Source: a virus. From it: 64,000 nt of DNA. The notes beneath the pieces were generated by a model. That model was not told where the DNA came from, ran no database searches, and saw only the letters and a program-made list of their open reading frames with translations. Location of the stretch: positions 4,524 through 68,523 of IMG/VR virus record IMGVR_UViG_3300020202_000069; one strand, given 5' to 3'. A program made the position numbers and the translations under genes. Below, piece after piece: positions 1-8,580 of this stretch. How positions within the stretch are numbered: position 1 is the stretch's first letter; every line of letters begins with the position of its first letter.

Positions 1-2
1 CC

Positions 3-155
3 CCAAAGAGCATTTGCGCAATCGTCGGCGATGGCATGGGCGAGCCGTACTACTGCGGGCCCGATAACGGGAATCCGAACAAGCCGCCGGAGTGCGAGTT
101 TAGCGGCAAGCAGGACCAGGGCGAGTGGATCTGGTGCTGCAACTTCGAACCTTAG
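3..155 (+). CDS. 3' end of a Cys-rich, probably secreted protein (partial), convergent on the tail operon
   Basis: Frame 3 reads PKSICAIVGDGMGEPYYCGPDNGNPNKPPECEFSGKQDQGEWIWCCNFEP* and ends at TAG 153-155, overlapping the TAA of the minus-strand gene; not in the ORF track. Confidence 0.55.
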   Translation, partial: PKSICAIVGDGMGEPYYCGPDNGNPNKPPECEFSGKQDQGEWIWCCNFEP

Positions 156-1231
156 CGGAAGCCGTACCGAGCCACGTTCGCCAGATCGCCGGGGTTCTCC
201 CCCGTGGGCGTCGTGGGTGTCGCGTTCACGTAATACTTTAGTATCTCGATGATCGCGGATGTTAGAGGCTTCGCAGCCGTCAGCGGATTGTCCGCATCGG
301 AGTTATTGTGCACTTGCCCCGTAGTCGCTGACGTCCGAACTCGATGCGTCTCGTAGACGCGCTGCATGTCGGCGATCAGCACCGTGGCCGTCGCCTCATC
401 TCGAGCCTTGGCCGCTACGGGCCACGAGAACAGGTCGGGATTCAGGTGCCAGCCGCCGGTGCCCTGGATGTGGTCCACGTACTTATCGCGTATCCGGTTG
501 AGCTCCTGGATGGCGGAGATTTTCATGCCCGCTCGACCGGCCGTGAGGTCGTTCACCGCATCGGCCATGGCATGCGCAACGACGCTGGCCAGGTGTCCGT
601 TGAACCGATCCCGGAGTTCCACCGTCTTGCTTTGGATGTCCTCCCCCAGCGCGGATACAGCCACGCCCACCAGGGCCGCCACGGCAGCGAGCACCGTCGA
701 GTCGAGCGACGCCATCCGCGCGATCGTGTCGGTTGGGTTCACCAGCGAGGCGGCGCGCACGGTGCTGTCGACCGCGATGACCTGGATATCGACCGAGTGC
801 CCAAGCGCGGCCACCGTGAGCTTCTGTTTCGACCCCACGTAGACCGATCCGTCGACGAACTCCTCTACGATCCGGCGGTACTCGCCGAGTGGGTCCCCTT
901 CGTAGCTCCCCGCCGCGGCGCGCTCTCGGATCACGGTAGCCCGCACACCGTAGACACCTGCGACGTCCGGCGTGAAGGTGGTGGCCCGAGGGCCGACCAC
1001 GTACCCGCTCGCCGTGATCCCGAGCTCCGATAGCCGTGAGCCCGTGAACTGTGTGGGGACTACGATCCGACCACGCGTGTCCTTAATGGGCCCGACCTCG
1101 ATCGCGCTTTGGTCCGGCACCGACGTGATCGCGAATTCTGCGATCCTGCCCGCGATGGCGCCCGTGATGTCCAGCGAGATGGTGTCGCCGGGAGAGACGG
1201 CGGTAGGAGACGTATTGATCGAGACAGCCAT
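152..1231 (-). CDS. Virion/distal tail protein, unknown function (359 aa)
   Basis: Last gene of the late operon; closely spaced with upstream genes; beta-rich N-half. Confidence 0.75.
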   Translation of the reverse strand: MAVSINTSPTAVSPGDTISLDITGAIAGRIAEFAITSVPDQSAIEVGPIKDTRGRIVVPTQFTGSRLSELGITASGYVVGPRATTFTPDVAGVYGVRATVIRERAAAGSYEGDPLGEYRRIVEEFVDGSVYVGSKQKLTVAALGHSVDIQVIAVDSTVRAASLVNPTDTIARMASLDSTVLAAVAALVGVAVSALGEDIQSKTVELRDRFNGHLASVVAHAMADAVNDLTAGRAGMKISAIQELNRIRDKYVDHIQGTGGWHLNPDLFSWPVAAKARDEATATVLIADMQRVYETHRVRTSATTGQVHNNSDADNPLTAAKPLTSAIIEILKYYVNATPTTPTGENPGDLANVARYGFR

Positions 1232-1234
1232 GGC

Positions 1235-1828
1235 TCACCAATTCAGCAGGCCGATCCCGTTCACGCGCATCGAGGCCCCAACGGCGTCGTAGGGGAGCGT
1301 GACCGAGAGGACGATCGATCCGTAGGCGAACCAGCGAGCTTTGAGCGTGTCCACGATCCCTGCGGGGGTCAGGTTCGCCGTGACCGAGGTGACGAGGGTG
1401 CTCGTCCAGTCCGAGCCGTTCGAGGCATGGGCATCGGTCACTGTCGAAGACACGGCCTCGAAGGTATCGTTGCCGTTCGAGAACGACGTCCAGGTAGCCG
1501 TGTTGATGGACGGACACTCGAAGTAATAGAGCGTGTACGTGGCGCGCGTGATGGGCGCTGCTCCTGTGGCCACGCCCGTCGTCACGATGTGCACGCTCGA
1601 CGTCGGGTTCGTGACCGGGCTGTACGCTGCCGTCGGCGAGTTCTGGATGTACCTCGGCTTCGGTAGCTTGATGAACATCCGGCCACCGGAGGCGTTCAGC
1701 GAGCGCGTCTGGATGCGTGGAAAGGGCGTGCCGCCCGTGATGTCGGACCACGCATCGGGCGCAAGTGGATTGCCCGTGCAGGCGAGGAGTTCAGCCGGGA
1801 TCGTCTGGACGATGGTCGGAGCAGCCAC
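1235..1828 (-). CDS. Virion/distal tail protein (197 aa)
   Basis: Thr/Ser-rich, beta-like; 1-3 nt spacing to neighbours. Confidence 0.75.
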   Translation of the reverse strand: MAAPTIVQTIPAELLACTGNPLAPDAWSDITGGTPFPRIQTRSLNASGGRMFIKLPKPRYIQNSPTAAYSPVTNPTSSVHIVTTGVATGAAPITRATYTLYYFECPSINTATWTSFSNGNDTFEAVSSTVTDAHASNGSDWTSTLVTSVTANLTPAGIVDTLKARWFAYGSIVLSVTLPYDAVGASMRVNGIGLLNW

Positions 1829-1829
1829 G

Positions 1830-2585
1830 TTAGAACCTGTGCGAAGTAACGGTGTAGCGACCGGTCACGGAGTAGACCCGGAATTGCGAGCCGCTGGTGG
1901 CGTCAAAGGGATTCTTCACGAGCACCCCGTAGCGGTAGGTCGCGATCTCGATCGTCGTCGACGCGTTGACCGTGAGCGTCTGCGCCACAACGTTGGTCAG
2001 GTAATTCCCCGCGGTATGGGTATCAGCAATGTCCACCGTCGAGATCGCGGCAGGCGAAGACGTGGAAGTCCACCGGACCACGGTGTAGGCGGGTAGATTC
2101 GAGGTACCGCCCGCGACTCCCTTCGTCTGGAGCGTGACCTGATCGAAGGTCGAGGCATCCGGCGGGCGCTCGATCTCGAGGATGAAGTACCCCGCCTGCG
2201 TCTCGGTGGTGGCGAAGCCAGGGCTGATGATTGAGCCCCGTGGGATGGTATCGCCGCCGATGGTCGCGGTGACATCCGAGTCGATGATCCGCGCCGATGG
2301 CTCGTTTCCAATGGGCCCAACGTATGGGATCACCATCGCCAGCACGAGCGGGTGCTCGATGACGACCGTGCGCGAGGAGAGCTTCAGCCAGGCGGCGCTC
2401 CCGGTGCCCGAGATCCGCAGGCCCGAGGTCCCTGCGATCGCGATCTCGCTCGTCGGCGTGTACGTTCCTCCGCCGCTGCCGTCGATTGCAAGCGATTGGT
2501 TCGTGTCGATCTGGTTGATCTGCGTCGCGGTGATGGTGTCGACATCATCCGTCCAGCCGGCTGGTTTCGCTCGTGTGAATGCCAC
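1830..2585 (-). CDS. Putative tail fibre/receptor-binding protein (251 aa)
   Basis: Follows baseplate wedge genes; N-terminal MAFTRAKPAGW...QINQIDTN resembles fibre baseplate-anchor segments; beta-rich C-terminus. Confidence 0.6.
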   Translation of the reverse strand: MAFTRAKPAGWTDDVDTITATQINQIDTNQSLAIDGSGGGTYTPTSEIAIAGTSGLRISGTGSAAWLKLSSRTVVIEHPLVLAMVIPYVGPIGNEPSARIIDSDVTATIGGDTIPRGSIISPGFATTETQAGYFILEIERPPDASTFDQVTLQTKGVAGGTSNLPAYTVVRWTSTSSPAAISTVDIADTHTAGNYLTNVVAQTLTVNASTTIEIATYRYGVLVKNPFDATSGSQFRVYSVTGRYTVTSHRF

Positions 2586-2596
2586 AGATCACCCGC

Positions 2597-3250
2597 TCAC
2601 AGGAACGTCTGACCGACAATCCCCTGGTTGACGATGAAGCCTGTCCCGACGCCGATCTGAAAGGTCATCCAGGCAGGGACCAGCGCGTCGAGCATCTGAA
2701 AGCAGCGGTTTCGCAGGCTGAGGAACGCGGTATCGCTCAGGCCCGACTTGCTCATCCGGACCCCGATGATGGCGCGATTGCTTGACCATTCGTATCCAGG
2801 TGGACCCGGGTTCATGCCGGGCCAGTACGTGATCTGGTTCGCTGCGCTCACGGACACGAGCCCGAGGAATTGGGCGTCGAGGAGTTCTGCGCAGGCGTCG
2901 TAGATGTCGCTGATGGCATTGCCGACGAGGCCGCGAAACTTGGCGGCAACACGTCGCCGTCGGTCCTGCACGGTGTCCGTCGGCGTCGGGCGCAGGTTGC
3001 ACGCCTCTTCCCACGTGGTCAGCGTGTCGAGCATCTTGAGCGGTTTGAGGCTGTTTCTCAGCCGCCCATTGATGCGCCAGATCGCGGTGATGGCCACCGC
3101 GTCCGCGTATGCTTCCGCATACACCAGCGTGTCGGTCGTGACGTCCCACCCAGGAGCGAGGGCGTCGAGCATGGCGATGTGCTCAGCCTCGAGCGTGGAA
3201 AGCCCCCCGCCATAGCGCTTCGGGTAGGGATTCCGACCGAACTGCGGCAT
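2597..3250 (-). CDS. Baseplate wedge protein, Mu gp48/YmfQ (DUF2313)-like
   Basis: TLTTWEEACNL...RRRRVAAK motif typical of gp48-like proteins; downstream of baseplate J. Confidence 0.75.
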   Translation of the reverse strand: MPQFGRNPYPKRYGGGLSTLEAEHIAMLDALAPGWDVTTDTLVYAEAYADAVAITAIWRINGRLRNSLKPLKMLDTLTTWEEACNLRPTPTDTVQDRRRRVAAKFRGLVGNAISDIYDACAELLDAQFLGLVSVSAANQITYWPGMNPGPPGYEWSSNRAIIGVRMSKSGLSDTAFLSLRNRCFQMLDALVPAWMTFQIGVGTGFIVNQGIVGQTFL

Positions 3251-3251
3251 A

Positions 3252-3737
3252 TCACATCGCCCAGACTACAACCGAGACGCTGCCACCCAAATCGGTAGCG
3301 ACGCCGGCAGGGTCCACCACGTACGCAGTCACCACGTTGCTTGCAACGACGCACTGGACATGACCGAACTGCGACGCGTGCATTACCGCGCCCGCGGCGA
3401 AGGTGAACGTCCGTGTTTCCGAGACGCTCAGACTATCCGTGAACGATGCGGCCCACGTGATCTGATAGACGCCTGTCCCGGTCTTCGAGATCGTGGGGAG
3501 GTCCGCACCACCTGTGCCCGAGTGCGATCGTCCCGCAGAAGGTGTAACGGCAACGGGAGCGCCGGCAGCGCTGGTCGGGAATGCGACGATCGCCTTGATC
3601 GTCGTTCGAGACATCTGCGCCGTGTCTTCGTGGAGTCGATTGGCGTACGAGGAGCTTTGCTCGACGGTCGGGTCCTCGACCGGATACTGGTCGGAGAAGA
3701 CGCCCCCGAAGCTGTCGATCGTGCGAGGTGTGGTCAC
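3252..3737 (-). CDS. Virion protein inserted between baseplate J and gp48-like genes (161 aa)
   Basis: Tight operon spacing; beta-rich sequence. Confidence 0.7.
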   Translation of the reverse strand: MTTPRTIDSFGGVFSDQYPVEDPTVEQSSSYANRLHEDTAQMSRTTIKAIVAFPTSAAGAPVAVTPSAGRSHSGTGGADLPTISKTGTGVYQITWAASFTDSLSVSETRTFTFAAGAVMHASQFGHVQCVVASNVVTAYVVDPAGVATDLGGSVSVVVWAM

Positions 3738-3740
3738 GGC

Positions 3741-5213
3741 TTACGCCTTCCGGATCGCGAAGTGCCGCACTACCAGGATATTGGGCGGATCCGCGGTCGT
3801 GCTGGGCACAGAGGGGCTTGTGCGTGTGTTCGTGGTGCCCGTGTCGTAGGTGTTGGCGTACTCGAGATCCAGGATCTCGTCGTACTGCTCGATCACCGCA
3901 CGGCGCTGCTGAATCGTGAGGTCCGTGGGGGCCTGCACGTCCGGGCCTGGTTGACGTCGACCCCGAGGAATGATGTCGACGTTCGTGGTCTTCTGGCCAG
4001 GGCCGAGTTCGGCAAATGCCTCCATCGCCGCTTCGGTGTAGCCGACGAGGTTGACAGCCCCGGCGCTCACGTAAGCATTCGTCGGCGTGAAGCCGAAGCC
4101 GTTCTGCACGCCGAAGGTCCACGCGCCTGCACCACCGCCGATAGGACCGACGATCGTGTATTCGCGCATCGTCTCTCCGGCATAGTCCCAAATCCCGATG
4201 TTGGCGCCGACCGTTGGAGCGGTCGTGGAGTTGACCGTCGCGATCCCGGTGCCCACGTTGTAGGCCGTGATCTTCGCGTTCTCCGCGGGCCAGGGGGCGG
4301 CATCGCGCCAGCCTCCGCCCGCTCCACCCGCATTCACTGGGAGCGGCAACGTCGCCTTGAGGATCACGTCCACGTACTGCGCCGTGACCGAGGTCAGATT
4401 GAGATCGTTCTGCCCCGGCATCTGCGCCAGGATGTAGGCGCGCACAGCGTTGATCGTGGTCGAGTTGAGCGTTCGATCGCCCCCCGCCTTCGTGATCGCG
4501 ACGTCGTAGCTTGCAGGCCCACGGACCGCTGCATAGACATAGGCGGCTTCGACGCTGGACGTGCTCTCCTCGGCCCATCCGACGACCTGGCTCCAGTTCC
4601 CACCCACGGCGGGGAACGAGAGCCGGCGGATGAGCCGAGCGCGAAGTCGATCATCGTTGTCCTCGTCGGCACCGCCATCGAGGCCACCGACCTCCACCGT
4701 GCAGACCTGATTGAGCGCGCCGATGGAGGCCGAGTCCCAGGTGAGCTTCGTCCCCTCGTCCTGGTCGGTATCGAGTCCTGCATCGACGGCGATCAGCTCG
4801 ACCGAGGCGCCATTCGCGTAGGTGCCCGCGGTGATGGTCTTGTACTTCTTCCCGTTCGGCGCCGTGGCGCGGAAGTCGGCGGGGATGGTCACCGTCGCGG
4901 TGGTGACGATCTTGACGGTCCCTGTGGCAGATGCTGCGGGGCGCCGAGTGACCCCAAAGATGCCCGCAAGCTCCTCGAGTGCGTCCTCGGTTGCGTCGAG
5001 AGGACTGGAGTCCTCCAGCGCGATCTTGTTGTTGGCGATCGCGATGGCGACACGGGCGGCGAACGCATCGGCTCGGATGTACGCATCGGACCCGGGCTCG
5101 ACGTTGATCGTGAGTCCGCGCCGATTGCACAGTACGCGCAGCGTGCGCAGGATCGCGTCTCGTACCTCGCCGGGAGTCGGGTACGAGGAGTCGCCTACGG
5201 CGGGGAGAGCCAT
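3741..5213 (-). CDS. Baseplate J-like wedge protein (Mu gp47 family)
   Basis: LEELAGIFGVTRRPAASATG and GGADEDNDDRLRARL...PAVGGN motifs. Confidence 0.93.
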   Translation of the reverse strand: MALPAVGDSSYPTPGEVRDAILRTLRVLCNRRGLTINVEPGSDAYIRADAFAARVAIAIANNKIALEDSSPLDATEDALEELAGIFGVTRRPAASATGTVKIVTTATVTIPADFRATAPNGKKYKTITAGTYANGASVELIAVDAGLDTDQDEGTKLTWDSASIGALNQVCTVEVGGLDGGADEDNDDRLRARLIRRLSFPAVGGNWSQVVGWAEESTSSVEAAYVYAAVRGPASYDVAITKAGGDRTLNSTTINAVRAYILAQMPGQNDLNLTSVTAQYVDVILKATLPLPVNAGGAGGGWRDAAPWPAENAKITAYNVGTGIATVNSTTAPTVGANIGIWDYAGETMREYTIVGPIGGGAGAWTFGVQNGFGFTPTNAYVSAGAVNLVGYTEAAMEAFAELGPGQKTTNVDIIPRGRRQPGPDVQAPTDLTIQQRRAVIEQYDEILDLEYANTYDTGTTNTRTSPSVPSTTADPPNILVVRHFAIRKA

Positions 5214-5620
5214 CAGAGTTCAACCGTCTGCTGTGTATTCGTCCGCAGGTTGGTGTACGTGATCCGCTTCTGGAGCAGACCGTAGCTCGGGTTCGTGAAC
5301 TCGATTGCCTCGATGCGGATCGCGGGTGTCTTGCCCGAGGTCAGAACCGAGAGTGCAGCCTCGATGCGCTGGCGCGAAGTCTCATTGTCGCGGTCCGTGA
5401 TGAACTTGAACTCCGTGTCCGCATAGGAGACCAGGAGCAGCACCCGCTGAGCAATATCGTCCATCCCCTCGAAGTTGCCGTCGCTGTCGAGCACGTAGCG
5501 CCGGGTCACGCCGTTGATCTCGCGCGATGAGTGCAGGATCTTCGGCTTCGGCTCCTCAGGCGGAAGGACCGCCTTACCAAAGGGGCCGAGCCCGTACGGG
5601 CCAGTGCCAAAGCCGCTCAT
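5213..5620 (-). CDS. Baseplate wedge subunit, gp25/Mu gp46-like
   Basis: 135 aa directly upstream of J; IAQRVLLLV...RQRIEAALSVL pattern. Confidence 0.65.
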   Translation of the reverse strand: MSGFGTGPYGLGPFGKAVLPPEEPKPKILHSSREINGVTRRYVLDSDGNFEGMDDIAQRVLLLVSYADTEFKFITDRDNETSRQRIEAALSVLTSGKTPAIRIEAIEFTNPSYGLLQKRITYTNLRTNTQQTVEL

Positions 5621-5958
5621 ACAATCGAGAGGAACTTGTCCGAGGCCGGGCGCGTCGTCGGGTTGCCAGCAGCCTGCGAGGTCTGGAGCCCGTCGCCGTC
5701 CGCGGTGTTTGGGATCTTTGCCTTCGCGTTCGTCGTCAGCTCCGTGACGAGCCAGGAGGCGAAGTCGTTGGCGGTCGCTGCAATCCCTTGCAGGATGGGC
5801 GCTGCCTCCGAGCCAGTCGGGAAGGGCTGGCCGAATACTGCCGTTTGCGTCTGCGCACGTGCCTTTAAGAGGGTGTAGAGCGCAGTGGCCGCGGAGCCGG
5901 CAGGGAGGGTCTCCGTGCCGTCGTCGGCCACCGCCACGGGCGTCGAAGAGAGGGCCAT
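5617..5958 (-). CDS. Small baseplate-region protein (113 aa)
   Basis: Overlapping stop/start with neighbours in the baseplate cluster. Confidence 0.65.
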   Translation of the reverse strand: MALSSTPVAVADDGTETLPAGSAATALYTLLKARAQTQTAVFGQPFPTGSEAAPILQGIAATANDFASWLVTELTTNAKAKIPNTADGDGLQTSQAAGNPTTRPASDKFLSIV

Positions 5959-5959
5959 G

Positions 5960-6280
5960 TTAGTCGAGGGGGCAGAAGCCGATGTCGAGGCTCGGTAGCG
6001 CGATCGTCGGCAGCGTGAAGCCCGGTAGGGGGAAGCTGAACGAGAACGTCGGGAGCGAGATCGAGAACCCGAGGTCGATATCGAAGCTCAGCGACGGAAG
6101 GCTGATGCTCGGGAGCGTGAACCCGGGAAGCGGGAAGCTGAACGAGAACGTCGGCAAGCTCAGGCTGATCCCGAGGTCGATCTCAAACGAGAGGCTCAGC
6201 GTAGGGAGCGCGATCGTCGGCAGCGAGAAGCCTGGGATCGGCAGGCTGAACGAGGGCAGCGTGAACGAGCAGGCGCTCAT
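5960..6280 (-). CDS. Low-complexity F-x-L-P repeat protein (106 aa)
   Basis: Two near-identical 34-36 aa repeats; 1-nt spacing to both neighbours. Confidence 0.8.
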   Translation of the reverse strand: MSACSFTLPSFSLPIPGFSLPTIALPTLSLSFEIDLGISLSLPTFSFSFPLPGFTLPSISLPSLSFDIDLGFSISLPTFSFSFPLPGFTLPTIALPSLDIGFCPLD

Positions 6281-6281
6281 G

Positions 6282-6947
6282 CTACGGCGCGATCGTTACG
6301 GACTTCGAGGCTATGCCCGCCATGCCGCTCACTCCGATCAGGGCCGAGGTGAGACCTGGAGGAGGCGGGACGCCCGCAATCAGCCCGAGCGTGACGGTCG
6401 AGCATGCGGCCACGAATTGCTGCCCCAGCACCTGCACGCCGTTCGAATCGATGACGATGGCGCCACCACCGCTCACCCCCAGGGTGATCTTGTCTTTCTC
6501 GATGGCGATCTGGGCGCCGCTGTTGAGGATCGTGATCTTACCCTTTGCCCCGGCCAGATCGACGATCATCGCCTTGTCCCCATCGGTCTCGTTGACCGTG
6601 TAGAGCGTGATCCCATTGTTCGCCTTCTTCAGGAAGAGACGAGCGTCGCAGTCGCTGAGGATCGCACGGTCGCCGGGCTTGAGCGCACCGGCCTTGCTCG
6701 CGAAGCGAACATCCCGCGAACAGATCGCGCGCTTCGAGTTGCCCGAGGAGAGATAGATGGCCTGCGCACAGCCAGCATCGTCGGGGTCGTTGGGGCAGGA
6801 GACGAAGCCATCCACGCCCCAGAGCGAACACTCCGCCCCGAAGCCGGTGCCGTCGCTGAGGTCCCCGAGATTGACCCGCACCTCACCGCTACTGACGCTC
6901 GACAGAAGCACGTCGGCCACGGATGCATCCACGCCTAGGAATGCCAT
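6282..6947 (-). CDS. Baseplate central spike, Mu gp45-like
   Basis: GVDGFVSCP...GALKPGDRAI N-domain followed by short beta-repeats (IAIEKDKITLGVSGGGAIVIDSNG). Confidence 0.8.
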   Translation of the reverse strand: MAFLGVDASVADVLLSSVSSGEVRVNLGDLSDGTGFGAECSLWGVDGFVSCPNDPDDAGCAQAIYLSSGNSKRAICSRDVRFASKAGALKPGDRAILSDCDARLFLKKANNGITLYTVNETDGDKAMIVDLAGAKGKITILNSGAQIAIEKDKITLGVSGGGAIVIDSNGVQVLGQQFVAACSTVTLGLIAGVPPPPGLTSALIGVSGMAGIASKSVTIAP

Positions 6948-6948
6948 G

Positions 6949-7407
6949 CTAGGATCCCGCGTACACGTACGCCCACTGAATCGCCTTGTCGCTTCGGCGC
7001 TGCACGTAGATCGCTGCGTGCTTGCAGATTAGGGCCAGGTTGTGGTCGGACACGTAGTCAGAGGAGTTCACGCCGGGGAGCAGGTTCGCGACCTGTCCGG
7101 TTACATCAAGGGTCACGGTCCCCGACTTGTTCGCGACCGCGGCGAGGGAGAGGTACTGGATCGCCGGGGTGTCGGTCCGCTGGCTCAGATACCAGTCATA
7201 CTCATCGACACCGGCCACTGCATCGCTTGCCTGTGCGTTGCAGGTAATCGTGATCGGGAAGCTCTGAATGACCGGGATCGACAGCGAGGACGAGAACCCG
7301 GAGGCTCTCACACGTCCGACAGGCCATTCCTTGAAGCCGTCGTTGGCCGTAGCGGCTCCCACGTCGGCAAACGCCATGCGGAAGTCCTGGTAGCGCTGGA
7401 GGATCAC
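6949..7407 (-). CDS. Baseplate-region hypothetical protein (~152 aa)
   Basis: Start re-assigned to the GTG overlapping the hub stop (GTGA); alternative ATG at 7377. Confidence 0.65.
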   Translation of the reverse strand: MILQRYQDFRMAFADVGAATANDGFKEWPVGRVRASGFSSSLSIPVIQSFPITITCNAQASDAVAGVDEYDWYLSQRTDTPAIQYLSLAAVANKSGTVTLDVTGQVANLLPGVNSSDYVSDHNLALICKHAAIYVQRRSDKAIQWAYVYAGS

Positions 7408-8579
7408 TTCGGCGGGTCTCCAAGCACCAATGCGCCCTTGGGGATGAGCTTCAGGCGCGTCCTCTGGCCTCCGCGGGTGTCCTGCACGAGGACTCGCTCC
7501 AGGACCCACATGTCTTCGTGGAATCCGATCGCCGCGATGTCCACCGTCGCGATCGTGTCCACGGTCCACACGCGCCCCGTCTGCGCGATCCAGCCGTCGA
7601 CCTCGCCGCTGATGACGAACGCCTTCGAGGCCGGTACACCCAACTCGAGCTTGGCCACGCTGACCGCACGCTCGTGGTCACGGCTCGACTTGTCCCGTAC
7701 GAACTTGGGCTTGTAGATGGCTGCGCTGCTCGACTTGTAGGGCGGTCGGTCCGGGAAGAGTTCCGCCGAGGTCACGCGACCGATCGGTCGATTCGTCTGT
7801 GTCTGCGCCGCGGCATCGATCGGCTCTCCGCGCACGGTGCACTCGGAGAATTGGTCATCGTTGGTATCCTCGATCTCGATGTCCCCGATCAAATAGTCCC
7901 CCTGCCTCGGACCGCCGAAGCCGTCGACCAGTGTATAGGATGGGTCCTGGTCGTAGTCGGGTGCCTGGATCAGCAGTGTGCCTTCCGAGTCGGCGGTCAT
8001 CCGGAGTTGCACGCCGAGCCTCGTGACGATCCGCTTGATGTAGTCGTACGCCGTCTCGCCTTCATGGACGTGGGCATCGCGGATCTTGAGCGCACTCGTG
8101 GTCAGTGACGGCTTGGGGCCTCCGATGGGGCGCCCCGAGATCGCGTCCACGTGCGCGCGCGAATCGGCCACGATCTTCGTGAACCCGAACGGGCGCAGGA
8201 TGTCGAGGATTACCTGCTCAACCGGGGTGTCGGCCTGTTGCTTGATCGCGTAGTCTGGATTCGCGCTCGCCTGGTACGGCGTCACGAGCGGCGTATGGCC
8301 GTGGACCGCGAACCCAATCCCGTGCTGTCCGATCGTTGTCTGGACCGCCTGGATCAGGAAGCCGCCCTGGGAGACGCCGTTGATCAGGACGGTCACGAGC
8401 TCGCCCTTCTGGAGGCGACTATAGTATTCCTTGGCCTTGTCCCGCGTGGGGCGCGTCTCGAGCCGCAGATCCCCGAGCGGGTCGGTGTACGTGTCTCGGA
8501 GCGAGACCGCTTGCCACTGGTCGATCACGGTCCCGTCGCCGAAGTGGACCTCGACCTTTCCTCGATTCGCGAGCGTCAC
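7404..8579 (-). CDS. Baseplate hub protein, Mu gp44 (P)-like
   Basis: Position after DNA-circularisation-like gene; HVHEGETAYDYIKRIVTRLGVQL and GRVWTVDT motifs. Confidence 0.85.
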   Translation of the reverse strand: MTLANRGKVEVHFGDGTVIDQWQAVSLRDTYTDPLGDLRLETRPTRDKAKEYYSRLQKGELVTVLINGVSQGGFLIQAVQTTIGQHGIGFAVHGHTPLVTPYQASANPDYAIKQQADTPVEQVILDILRPFGFTKIVADSRAHVDAISGRPIGGPKPSLTTSALKIRDAHVHEGETAYDYIKRIVTRLGVQLRMTADSEGTLLIQAPDYDQDPSYTLVDGFGGPRQGDYLIGDIEIEDTNDDQFSECTVRGEPIDAAAQTQTNRPIGRVTSAELFPDRPPYKSSSAAIYKPKFVRDKSSRDHERAVSVAKLELGVPASKAFVISGEVDGWIAQTGRVWTVDTIATVDIAAIGFHEDMWVLERVLVQDTRGGQRTRLKLIPKGALVLGDPPK

Positions 8580-8580
8580 G

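Noticed and set aside
152-3737. Diversity-generating retroelement or invertible tail-fibre shufflon
   Set aside because: No reverse transcriptase or invertase, and I saw no template/variable repeat pair or flanking inverted sites
3360-5285. 641-aa plus-strand ORF (also 13295-14812, 17888-19237, 21990-24521, 56844-58922 and similar)
   Set aside because: Antisense shadows of well-supported minus-strand genes; high GC suppresses stops; Arg/Gly-rich with no motifs
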